In this document: positions 1-9,464 of the stretch, piece after piece
How the letters are laid out: each line of letters begins with the position of its first letter
Position numbering within the stretch: position 1 is the stretch's first letter
Source: Nostoc sp.
GTDB taxonomy: Bacteria > Cyanobacteriota > Cyanobacteriia > Cyanobacteriales > Nostocaceae
DNA: 64,000 nucleotides
Direction of reading: 5' to 3'
NCBI GenBank assembly: GCA_036918135.1
Contig: JBALDB010000020.1
Location: 64,001 to 128,000, forward strand
The notes under the pieces: generated by a model
The model's database searches: none
Told to the model about the DNA's origin: nothing
What the model saw: only the letters and a program-made list of their open reading frames with translations
Position numbers and translations under genes: made by a program

Positions 1-403
1 CACCCTGTTCTCCTAAACGCTCAGGATTTTGTACGCCAATTAAGCGATTCCAAAGCTGATAACTAACCTCAGTCTTCGGTACATACCAGTTATTAGAACC
101 CGCTTCCATACCACCCATTGCTGTAAACTCGTTACGTTGCGGGTCATTCAGGTCAATGTACTTTGCACCTTGTTCTAGGCGACTTCCAACTGGTAACAAT
201 GTAATTTGTTTCAGTTCTTCGTGTGTATACTCTCGGAGTTTGTCATGCAGTTCTTTAATCTCATAGGCATTTAAACCTGCTTTCTCTGGATGCATTCCTG
301 ACGAGCCATAATTTTGACCAGCCATAGGTTGTGGATTCAAGTCTTGCTGCCACTCGTCTGGCTGACCATCCGTTGGTTTTCCTTGTTTTTGAGTTTGAGC
401 CAT
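1..403 (-). CDS. Hypothetical protein, 3' end runs off window (not in ORF track)
   Basis: Manual translation from ATG at 403 behind AAGGGAG RBS: MAQTQKQGKPTDGQPDEWQQDLNPQPMAGQNYG...LPVGSRLEQGAKYIDL...WYVPKTEVSYQLWNRLIG, open to the window edge. Confidence 0.75.
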   Translation of the reverse strand, partial: MAQTQKQGKPTDGQPDEWQQDLNPQPMAGQNYGSSGMHPEKAGLNAYEIKELHDKLREYTHEELKQITLLPVGSRLEQGAKYIDLNDPQRNEFTAMGGMEAGSNNWYVPKTEVSYQLWNRLIGVQNPERLGEQG

Positions 404-760
404 TGAACATTTCTCCCTTTGCCTTACTATCAGTACACCTAATTTTCGTTTAGATGCCGACTACTAAAAGAAAGAGTTGAAAGAATATTTTTTGTTGCAA
501 AATTATTGATAGCTTGTTAAAAAGTTAGCCCATAGATAGATTTAATCTCAGTTTTTTAGTGGACTAAATAAGTCCAATTCAGGTATTTCCTGGTTATGTG
601 AGTAAGCTGATTCACCTCCATAATGTGGGAATTCTATTCCCTTTTAGGCTACAGACGATGAGAAATTTATTAATTTCTGTGTAGTCATATCTTTCTTAAA
701 TTGTTATACTCTGTAAGTTCATAACTAATCCTCAGCGTATATCGCCAAAAGCTATTTATT

Positions 761-1279
761 TTAAACCCTAGTTGGCTCTGGCTCTAGATAACCTTGAATA
801 TTTTCTGGCTCAAAGGAGCGTAGGATACGCGTAGCTCGGCGGGTTAACTCCTCTGTTCCTTTAACCACTATTAAATACTTACCTGCATTTAAACGATTGC
901 GATATGCCAAAGCATCACCACTACCTTCGGTTATACCAACTCCACCACCAACTAAATAAGCACCTAAAACACCAGAAGCTGCTCCTAAAAGTCCACTAAT
1001 AATATGATTGCCAATATCACCGATCGCAAAGATTTCAATCCCAGTTAGATAATTAAAGGCATAACCAGCAATAAATCCAAAAGGTACTAGCCAGTATAAT
1101 AATCGCTTTGCTCCTTTGCGAGCTTGTTGATTTGGGTCAATCAGATTGTAATCATCAGCACTTTTATAACCACTTCCCAAAATATCTACTTGGTTTGGAG
1201 ATAAACCTTCCTTTGTTAAGGCAGAATAAGCTGCTTCTGCTTGTGACTTCTCTGATAAAACTGCAATGAGGTAATTCAT
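761..1279 (-). CDS. Membrane protein, general-stress-protein-like (Gly-rich TM hairpin)
   Basis: 172 aa ORF; AEAAYSAL..GL N-terminus, two hydrophobic segments with GLLGAASGVLG, C-terminal YRNRLNAGKYLIVVKG. Confidence 0.6.
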   Translation of the reverse strand: MNYLIAVLSEKSQAEAAYSALTKEGLSPNQVDILGSGYKSADDYNLIDPNQQARKGAKRLLYWLVPFGFIAGYAFNYLTGIEIFAIGDIGNHIISGLLGAASGVLGAYLVGGGVGITEGSGDALAYRNRLNAGKYLIVVKGTEELTRRATRILRSFEPENIQGYLEPEPTRV

Positions 1280-1619
1280 AAGGCAAAATCTAACTCTACT
1301 ATTTTCAAAATTACTATTAAAATTAAACGATTTTATAATTGATAGTTAATTATATTTATTTGATGTTATTTTCTTCTATCACCGAGCCAAATATAAAAAT
1401 AAAATCTAGCACTTTAAAAACTCCTCAAATAAAATTGCATATAAGAACTATGACACCAAAATAAAAGCGATGAAACATCTTTCTAGAGAACCAGCTATCA
1501 AATATATTTTTCATACTTTAGAAGTAACTCTTTTTGCTTGTTTTTTATAGAATTTATACCTATAGTAAACAATTAAATTTGTTAGTTTGGCTACAAGAGT
1601 TTTTATTATAAGTTCACCT

Positions 1620-1667
1620 ATTGATGGCTACGTTCTCTTCCTGATGAAAGAGAACGTAGCCATCAAT
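1620..1667. repeat. Perfect 20-bp inverted repeat with 8-nt loop
   Basis: ATTGATGGCTACGTTCTCTT-CCTGATGA-AAGAGAACGTAGCCATCAAT. Confidence 0.95.
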
Positions 1668-1806
1668 GTTTTCTAAAGTGAGTTTAAAGAATTAATCTCG
1701 ATGCGATCGCCATCACTCGATCGCATTCTGTTTGAAGTGGGAATTTTAGCATTGGTTTTAACAGCAGAGGGCAGTCAATGGAGGTTTCACGAAAAGGAGA
1801 TGATTT

Positions 1807-2802
1807 ATGGAATATCGGCACTTAGGTAAACACGGCATTCGTGTCTCGGAAATTTGTTTGGGGTCATGGCTCACCTATGGTGGCGCAACGGCAGAAGACA
1901 CCGCCCGTCAATGTATTGAGCAAGCCTATGATTTGGGAATTAATTTTTTTGATACGGCAAATGTCTATGCTGGGGGAGAAGCCGAAAAAATTGTGGGTAA
2001 GGTGCTGCAACACTACCTGCGTGAATCCTATGTTGTGGCAACCAAAGTTTATTTCCCAGTGGGCAATGGCCCCAACGATCGCGGGCTATCACGCAAACAT
2101 ATTCTCGAGCAATGTGATGCTAGCCTAAAGCGATTGGGACTGGACTACATTGACCTCTACCAGGCACATCGTTATGACCCGACCGTACCACTGGCTGAAA
2201 CCCTGCTCGCATTCGATCGTTTGGTGAAACAGGGAAAAATCCTTTATTACGGGGTTTCTGAATGGAGTGCTGGACAACTAGCCCATGCGACTGACTTGAC
2301 CCGGTTGGCAAATCTCGCGCCGATCGCATCCGACCAACCTCATTACAATATGCTCGATCGCACGATTGAAAAAGAAGTATTACCCCTATGTCGTCGAGAA
2401 GGGATTGGGATAATCAATTACTCACCCTTAGCGCAAGGCTTGCTGACTGGTAAATACAAACCCGATCAATCCTTACCCCAGGGTTCCCGTGCAAGTGACC
2501 CCAAACAAAATATGTTTTTGAACAATGGGGAACTGGATCGAGGGCAGTTGCTCAAGGTGCAGCGACTTTTGCCCATTGCCGAGGAGGCAGGTTTGAGCCT
2601 GAGCCAATTGGCGCTGAGCTGGTGCTTACGCAACCCCGAAATTAGTAGCGTCATCATCGGTGCAAGCAAACCAACACAGGTACAAGAAAACGTTAGTGCA
2701 TCGGGTAAGCAACTGTCTTTGGCAACCATACAACGCATTGAAGAAGTTCTGGAAATGGAAATCAGCGATCGCAAAGGGCAGATGGCTACGCTATCAAAGT
2801 AG
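1807..2802 (+). CDS. Aldo/keto reductase (Kv-beta-like subgroup)
   Basis: MEYRHLG..GIRVSEICLGSW, FFDTANVY, VVATKV, SLKRLGLDYIDLYQAH, YSPLAQGLLTGKY; AGGAG RBS. Confidence 0.92.
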   Translation: MEYRHLGKHGIRVSEICLGSWLTYGGATAEDTARQCIEQAYDLGINFFDTANVYAGGEAEKIVGKVLQHYLRESYVVATKVYFPVGNGPNDRGLSRKHILEQCDASLKRLGLDYIDLYQAHRYDPTVPLAETLLAFDRLVKQGKILYYGVSEWSAGQLAHATDLTRLANLAPIASDQPHYNMLDRTIEKEVLPLCRREGIGIINYSPLAQGLLTGKYKPDQSLPQGSRASDPKQNMFLNNGELDRGQLLKVQRLLPIAEEAGLSLSQLALSWCLRNPEISSVIIGASKPTQVQENVSASGKQLSLATIQRIEEVLEMEISDRKGQMATLSK

Positions 2803-2826
2803 CACAGCTGGCGTAGCAGCATCAGT

Positions 2827-3383
2827 TTAGAATCCTGTGATTCTGCCTGATGAGTGCGGGGTACGCCAGTTACTGACTTGGAGAACAAAGATCCGATCGT
2901 CGGCTCGTCGAATTTCATCTTCAATCCTGGCATCCTGCCAGTTATTCCACAAGTCAAGGCAGATTCCGACGTTGCTACGATCCACTGCATCCACAATGTC
3001 TAACGCCTGACTGATAGTCCAGATAGCGGTCTCGGTGTTCATTGCCGTGGCATTGAGCGGCTCTAACGCAATCCGAACGCTGTGGCTGGCGGCAAAGTCG
3101 GACAAGTTTCGCAGCTCGCGGGTAATTATGTCGATCGCTCCGACAACGTTGCTCTTTGGAGGAACACCAGTATTGACGATAAACACCGTTCCAGATGCGA
3201 ATGGTGCGATTTGCTCGATGGACTGCCGCAGCCTTACAGTGCGGAACTCCAAGCCAGATGCAGTCTCAGCTGGCTGGAAAAAAATGTACGCACCAATGGC
3301 TGCACGGCACTAATCGTCAATTGCCGCTCGGCAACCAAAGCCAACTGCTCGCTGTAGCGGCGATGGTTGAGTTTGATTTCGCA
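2827..3383 (-). pseudogene. Sugar-phosphate isomerase/epimerase (xylose-isomerase-like TIM barrel) fragment
   Basis: One frame reads CEIKLNHRRYSEQLALVAERQLTISAVQPLVRTFF. It shifts to RTVRLRQSIEQIAPF...IALEPLN...GICLDLWN...QVSNWRTP. N-terminus missing, C-terminus truncated. Confidence 0.75.
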
Positions 3384-3736
3384 CCACTACAATGTCGCAG
3401 ACGCGAGCGCGTCCGAACAATTCCAGGTAATTCCAAATCACTGGTGCGCCAACAGACCAACCCAGCAGGGTAACATTGCACAAGTCCAGTTCTTGCAGCA
3501 GATCGCGCAGATCGGCAGCTAACCGTGGAATGCGGTAGCCATGATTCGGCTTGTCAGAGCGCCCATGACCGCGCAGGTCAACGGTGATAATCCGGGCATT
3601 TTTTGCTAACACACAGACGTTGCGATCGAAAAACCGTCGGCTGAAAGTCCAGCCGTGAATTAGGACGAGGGGTCGTCCTTGACCGATGTCATCGAAAAAA
3701 AGTCGAACGCCGTCATTACATGATGCAATAGGGCAT
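3380..3736 (-). pseudogene. Alpha/beta hydrolase (non-heme haloperoxidase-like), frameshifted and truncated
   Basis: RBS AAGGA plus ATG at 3736 is one base out of frame with NDGVRLFFDDIGQGRPLVLIHGW...DLRGHGRS...LLGWSVGA. Sequence stops resembling a hydrolase just after the nucleophile region. Confidence 0.75.
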
Positions 3737-3783
3737 CTATGAAGTCCTTATCATCCTACTATCGTCGTTTTGATGGTTAGGCA

Positions 3784-4839
3784 TTAAGGATTCCCGCTTC
3801 CGCCCGCCGCGCCGTACACTTGCCCGGTAACGTAGCTCGACTCCTGCGAAGCAAGAAGCACGTAGATGGGGGCAAGCTCTGCTGGCTGTCCGGGACGTCC
3901 TATCGGTGTGTCGCCGCCGAACTTCTCAATGGTACTCTGCGGTTGACCGCCGCTGACCTGGAGCGGTGTCCAGTAAGGCCCAGGGGGGATCGCATTCACA
4001 CGGATACCCTTTTTAGCCAGCTGCTTTGCCAGTGACTTGGTAAAGGCGACGATCGCCGTCTTGGTCTGGGCATAGTCGAGCAGGTTCTCGCTAGGGTCAT
4101 AGGCTTGGACTGAGGAGGTATTGATGATACTGGCACCGGGTGAGAAGTGCGGCACAGCAGCTTTGACGATCCAAAACATCGCGTATACGTTCGTCTTGAA
4201 CGTTGAGTCGAACTGCTCGGTAGTCAGATCGAGAATTGAGTAAACAGATTGCTGCTTACCAGCATTGTTGACCAGAATATCGAGTCCGCCGAGTTCGCGC
4301 ACAGCGGATTCGACGAGCTGATTGCAGAATTTCTCGTCTCGAATATCGCCGGGAATCGCCACCGCCTTGCGTCCTACCGCCCGAATTAGTTGGATTACCT
4401 CGCGGGCATCCGGCTCCTCGACAGGCAGATAGTTGATCGCAACATCAGCACCTTCACGCGCAAAGGCGATCGCTGCTGCCCGACCGATGCCGGAATCACC
4501 GCCTGTGACGAGCGCCTTGCGTCCTACTAGCCGTTCGGAACCCTGATAACTTTTCTCACCGCGATCGGGTCGCGGGGTCATTTGGCTGGCAAGACCGGGT
4601 GGCTCTTGCGGTTGTCGAGAAAAGGGCGGACTCGGATATTCGTTAACTGGGTTCTGTTTGACAGACTGGTTGGGTGTCCCCTGTCTGGGTGTTTCCATGC
4701 TGGGTGTCTCCTGTCGATTTGCCGGAGTAGATGACTGTTGTGCCAAGACTGGTACCGCTTGCGCTGCGACAACGCCAATGGATAACCCACCGAGAACTTG
4801 ACGGCGTGAGGCTTTTTTAAAGGTATCTTTTTGTTCCAT
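3784..4839 (-). CDS. Classical SDR oxidoreductase (YghA/YdaD-like) with N-terminal Tat-like signal
   Basis: [23 protein letters not shown] plus hydrophobic stretch ending VLA. Confidence 0.88.
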   Translation of the reverse strand: MEQKDTFKKASRRQVLGGLSIGVVAAQAVPVLAQQSSTPANRQETPSMETPRQGTPNQSVKQNPVNEYPSPPFSRQPQEPPGLASQMTPRPDRGEKSYQGSERLVGRKALVTGGDSGIGRAAAIAFAREGADVAINYLPVEEPDAREVIQLIRAVGRKAVAIPGDIRDEKFCNQLVESAVRELGGLDILVNNAGKQQSVYSILDLTTEQFDSTFKTNVYAMFWIVKAAVPHFSPGASIINTSSVQAYDPSENLLDYAQTKTAIVAFTKSLAKQLAKKGIRVNAIPPGPYWTPLQVSGGQPQSTIEKFGGDTPIGRPGQPAELAPIYVLLASQESSYVTGQVYGAAGGSGNP

Positions 4840-5207
4840 ACTGGGTTTGTTGAGTTGGATTCCGCTCTACTGAATTGATTTGAAAGCAGGTTCAAAGGCA
4901 GATCCGCAAATGCCAGGACTGGTTTAGCCGAAGCATCTGCAATCAGACTGATAGAAATTAGCAAAACCTACCTTTACAATTTGGCGAGATCGATCTTATG
5001 AGCGCGTTAGGCTGGAAATAAGAAAGTATTTACGGGTAAGCGATAAGCCGGAGGACTTCGGCGTGAGCGCTCAGTCGAACGCTTGACGCAAAGCGTATCA
5101 CGTGGGTATGTGGAATACATACATGTTCGTCAACAATCACCCATTGTTCGTACTTCTCCTGCCTGAGGACACCCTTGACGTTATATTACTGACCTCCTGG
5201 CAAAGCG

Positions 5208-5942
5208 TTATGGAATCACCGCACCCGAAATGTAACTACCATCCTGGGAAGCAAGCAGCACATATACTGGCGCGAGTTCTGCTGGCTGCGCTGGGCGCTG
5301 CATTGGAACCTGCTGCCCGAACTGTGTCACCTGTTCATTTGGCATCGTCGCTGGTATCAATGGTGTCCATACCGGACCAGGCGCGACACTGTTAACCCGA
5401 ATGCCCTTTTCAGCGAGGGACTGCGCCAACCCCCCAGTGAAGTTGACGATTGCTGCCTTGGTAGCTGAATACGCCAGTAGCTTCGGCTTCGGCTCGGCTG
5501 CGTTAATAGAGCAGGTGTTGATGATGGCACTACCAGGCTCCATATAGGGCACAGCGGCTTTGCACAGGTAGAACATCGCGTAGATGTTAGTTTTAAAAGT
5601 GCGATCGAACTCCTCTGACGAAATCTCCTCGATGCTCTCTCGCGACATTTGGAAAGCGGCGTTGTTGACGAGGATGTCGAGTTTACCGAACTCGCTTTGC
5701 ACGCGCTTAACAATCTGTTGACAGTGAGCTTCTTGCTGAATGTCGCCTGCAACTGCCCGTCCGATGCCAGAGTCGCCACCCGTGATGATGGCAGCTTTGC
5801 CTTGCAGTTTTCCAGAACCATGATAGGAGTTTTCGCCGTAGTCCGGCTTGGGGTTCATTTGTGACTCTAATCCTGGTGCCTGTTGCTGTTGTTCGGGAAA
5901 CGGTGGTTTCGGTCTTTGTGACTGTAGGTTCTGTGAAGTCAT
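5208..5942 (-). pseudogene. Second YghA-like SDR with in-frame internal deletion and clipped C-terminus
   Basis: [12 protein letters not shown] is joined directly to GDIQQE, whereas the paralog has 40 aa between these points. YSATK retained; ends at GAVIP*. Likely start ATG 5942 after AAGGAG. Confidence 0.72.
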
Positions 5943-6906
5943 AAATTCTCCTTTCAACCAGGTCTTGAGTACAAAAGCGCGCATACGCATAGCGTTACTC
6001 GAACAAACTCATTACCGTTGTTTTTATCTGCGCTTGGGTCTGTCTTTGTGTTCTAGCTGTCACTGTTAACTTAATTTTTTGAGATTTAAGGTCAGTTTCA
6101 CTTGGTTATGTGACTTCTGCTTCTGACTGGTTTGTTCTTGTGACTCCAACTGCTCGCACCATACCTAAATCTAAATCTTTGAGAACAGAATATAGCGTTT
6201 ATAACCATCAAAACGCGTCCTCTGGTGCTTGTTATTCGCCAAGTCAAGCATTTCACCAAAAACAGGCGAAAAAGGACGATTGGTATCCATTGCTGTATAT
6301 TCTTCTAGCGATTACTAGTAGCCATCGTTCCTTTTAGACTGATTACGAAATATATTGAGTGGTAGTTTCTTTTGGTTCCACAGACTTCTTTAACGTAAAT
6401 ATATACCCCAAAGAAGTACCCTACCTTTTGGCTGAATAAACTTCTATAGGAAAGTGCGAGTGCTGAGTGGTGAATGTTGAGTATAAACCAAGTTAGTTCA
6501 GGGTTTTGAGCAATCTACACTGTCCTAATTTCTATGACTACGGTTGTACTTTGCAGAGTAAGTGTTTGATTAAATACCCTAAATCTACAGTTGTCATCCT
6601 TCAGTAGGAGGACGCAATCAGACAATAGCTTTCTTAAGATAATAACGGTTAAAAATTTATCATCGGCTCAAACTGTCTGGTAACTACATACAATTAAGGC
6701 ATTGCAAGTGAGTATTAAGCAGTTACGTAAGAGTTTGACATTTATGAATCATTCGTTGACCCGTCGGCTGTCCGTTGTAACGTGTATCTCTAGTGCTATC
6801 GGCTATCAAGTCGCTAAACAGCTTTTTTGCATTCGCATTAATGCTCAACCTGAGCGGCTGCGATGAATTCTTCGATGCAGCTGATTGTTGTTAAAGGAAA
6901 TAGACA

Positions 6907-7371
6907 ATGGGATTAAATATTAAGGATTTACGGATTCACAGCCCTGCATTTACATCTTTAGAACATATTCCAAAACAGTATACTAGTGACGGTGAAAACA
7001 TCTCTCCTCCTTTGGAATGGAGTGGACTGCCCGCCGGAACCCAACAACTAGCACTCATCTGCCATGATCCGGATGCTCCTCTACCACAGGGTTTTACTCA
7101 CTGGTTAGTCTACAACATTCCGCCAACAATTAATCAGATTGCCGAGGGGGGTGGTAGTAAATTTACTGAAGGCTTGAATAGTGCTAATCAGCCAGCATAT
7201 ACCGGGCCCGCTCCACCACAGGGGCATGGACTTCACCATTACTATTTTTGGTTGTATGCCCTGGATGCAGAGCTTAACCTAAAGTCAAATATGAAGCGCG
7301 AGCAACTACTTAATGCGATCGCCGACCATGTGATTGAACAGGCGCGACTAGTTGGAGTGTATGAGTCCTGA
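6907..7371 (+). CDS. YbhB/YbcL family (PEBP / Raf kinase inhibitor-like) protein
   Basis: ENISPPLEW, DPDAP, FTHW, YTGPAPP..HHYYFWLYALD. Confidence 0.9.
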   Translation: MGLNIKDLRIHSPAFTSLEHIPKQYTSDGENISPPLEWSGLPAGTQQLALICHDPDAPLPQGFTHWLVYNIPPTINQIAEGGGSKFTEGLNSANQPAYTGPAPPQGHGLHHYYFWLYALDAELNLKSNMKREQLLNAIADHVIEQARLVGVYES

Positions 7372-7437
7372 CATCTATATAGTTGATGTTAATACATCTG
7401 CTTTTTGAAATTATAGAAATCTACCGAAGGTACAAGT

Positions 7438-7917
7438 ATGGGGGAGATGGAAAACAACTACACACCGCAAGAGCAGAAAAACATTGAGCTTGTTAAAGAG
7501 TATATGCAGATTGCCTACAATCCTAAACGTGCCAGTGCTGAGGCAGTGAAGCATCTGTGTGCATCAAATAACAAATTTATCGCCCCGACTACGTTTCCCA
7601 ATGCCCATACATTGGAGGAATATGCTCAGGAACATGGTGAGGTGATGAAGCAGGTGAACGATCTCCACTTTGTCAGTTTCGATGTTCTGTTTGCCAAGGA
7701 AGACAGGGTGTGTCTGAGGTACACAGCCGAGGGAAGCCATAGCGGCCAGCCGCATGGGAATATTAATCCTACTGGCAAGAAGGCACAGTGGACAGCCACC
7801 GCCACATTCAGGATAGAGAACGGGAAATTAGCTGAGTTCATTAAGGACTGGAACAAACTATCTATGTGGGAGCAGTTTGGATGGCCGATTGAGGAGTGTT
7901 TAATTCACAAAAGGTAA
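7438..7917 (+). CDS. SnoaL-like ester cyclase (NTF2 fold)
   Basis: EDRVCLRYTAEGSHSG...PTGKKAQW...FRIENGKLAE. Confidence 0.8.
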   Translation: MGEMENNYTPQEQKNIELVKEYMQIAYNPKRASAEAVKHLCASNNKFIAPTTFPNAHTLEEYAQEHGEVMKQVNDLHFVSFDVLFAKEDRVCLRYTAEGSHSGQPHGNINPTGKKAQWTATATFRIENGKLAEFIKDWNKLSMWEQFGWPIEECLIHKR

Positions 7918-7954
7918 GAATGATGGGTATCGAGATGCGATTAATCACAACAGT

Positions 7955-8485
7955 ATGACATCAACAAATTTGTTTCGACCAACCGATCGCCTGCTGACAG
8001 GAACAGTCTCCGTTACCCTGCAAATCAACGATCGCCCTTACACGGTCGAAATTGAACCGCGTGTGACGTTGCTCGATTTATTGCGAGAACGATTAGAACT
8101 GACGGGAAGCAAGAAGGGCTGCGATCGCGGTCAATGTGGAGCTTGTACGGTGTTAATTGATGGACGACGAGTAAATTCTTGCTTGACGTTGGCAGTAATG
8201 CAGGTAGGGAAAAACATCACCACCATCGAAGGACTAGCGTCAGGAGACGAACTTCATCCGATGCAGGCAGCATTCATCCAATACGATGCTTTTCAGTGCG
8301 GCTATTGTACGCCTGGGCAGATTTGTTCGGCAATTGGGTTGTTAACTGAAGGCAAGGCAGACTCGGATGCAGACATCCGAGAACTGATGAGTGGCAATCT
8401 CTGTCGCTGTGGAGCGTATCCCAATATTGTAGCAGCGATTGGGTCCGTAGCGGCAAGTGTGAGGACACCGGATGCAACCATTTAA
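7955..8485 (+). CDS. Xanthine dehydrogenase family 2x[2Fe-2S] subunit (PaoA/YagT-like)
   Basis: [33 protein letters not shown]. Confidence 0.93.
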   Translation: MTSTNLFRPTDRLLTGTVSVTLQINDRPYTVEIEPRVTLLDLLRERLELTGSKKGCDRGQCGACTVLIDGRRVNSCLTLAVMQVGKNITTIEGLASGDELHPMQAAFIQYDAFQCGYCTPGQICSAIGLLTEGKADSDADIRELMSGNLCRCGAYPNIVAAIGSVAASVRTPDATI

Positions 8486-9464
8486 CTATCTACGTGCATC
8501 AGACGCAGCGATTGCGGTAAGAACTGCCAATCAAGACAATCAGGCAAAGTTTATTGCAGGTGGTACGAATCTGCTGGATCTGATGAAGGAGGGCGTGGAA
8601 ACTCCGCAGCAGTTGATCGACATCAATGATTTGCCGCGATCGCAAATTGAACGCTTGCCCAACGGCGGAATCCGCATCGGCGCACTGGCGCGAAATAGCG
8701 ATGTTGCATACGACGCGAATATTCAACGACAGTATCCGGTGCTGTCTGAAGCACTTTTATCTGGAGCATCTCCCCAACTGCGAAACATGGCAACCGTCGG
8801 GGGAAATTTGCTGCAACGAACTCGCTGTTATTACTTCACAGATACCGGATTTTCTGCTTGTAACAAGCGAATTCCCGGTTCGGGCTGTGCTGCCATTGCA
8901 GGCTATAATCGCATTCACGCGATTTTTGGCACAAGTGACTGCTGTATTGCTACCCATCCTTCCGATATGGCGGTGGCATTGACTGCCTTAGATGCTGTGA
9001 TTCATACACAGAATGCAAATGAAACTCGGCAGATGGCGAGCGCTGACTTTTACTTATTACCAGGAGACACCCCCGATCGCGAAACTGTATTGCAACCAGG
9101 CGAACTGATTACTGCCGTTGAGTTGCCGCCACTGCCCTTTGCGGCTGGCTCACACTACTTGAAAGTGCGCGATCGCGCCTCTTACGATTTCGCGTTAGTT
9201 TCGGTGGCGGTGGCGTTAGATATCCATAATGGCACGATCGCCGATGCGCGAATTGCCCTCGGTGGAGTTGGGACAAAACCCTGGAAAGCATCCGCAGCAG
9301 AACAAGTGCTGATTGGTGCGCCTGCGAATCAGTCTACCTTTGAAGCTGCTGCCCAAGCAACAATCCGGGATGCCAAACCCCAGGAACATAACTTTTTTAA
9401 AGTTGAATTATTACGACGGACGTTAATTCAGGCATTGGCAATCGTTGCGGGAGGTGAGCTATGA
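8472..9464 (+). CDS. Xanthine dehydrogenase family FAD subunit (PaoB/YagS-like, with Cys-rich 4Fe-4S insertion)
   Basis: [54 protein letters not shown]; overlaps upstream gene. Confidence 0.93.
   Translation: MQPFNYLRASDAAIAVRTANQDNQAKFIAGGTNLLDLMKEGVETPQQLIDINDLPRSQIERLPNGGIRIGALARNSDVAYDANIQRQYPVLSEALLSGASPQLRNMATVGGNLLQRTRCYYFTDTGFSACNKRIPGSGCAAIAGYNRIHAIFGTSDCCIATHPSDMAVALTALDAVIHTQNANETRQMASADFYLLPGDTPDRETVLQPGELITAVELPPLPFAAGSHYLKVRDRASYDFALVSVAVALDIHNGTIADARIALGGVGTKPWKASAAEQVLIGAPANQSTFEAAAQATIRDAKPQEHNFFKVELLRRTLIQALAIVAGGEL

Noticed and set aside
1640..1651. CTGATGA...GAAA resembling a hammerhead ribozyme core
   Set aside because: The motif is the loop of a single hairpin; there is no stem II between CUGAUGA and a separate GAAA, and no three-way junction
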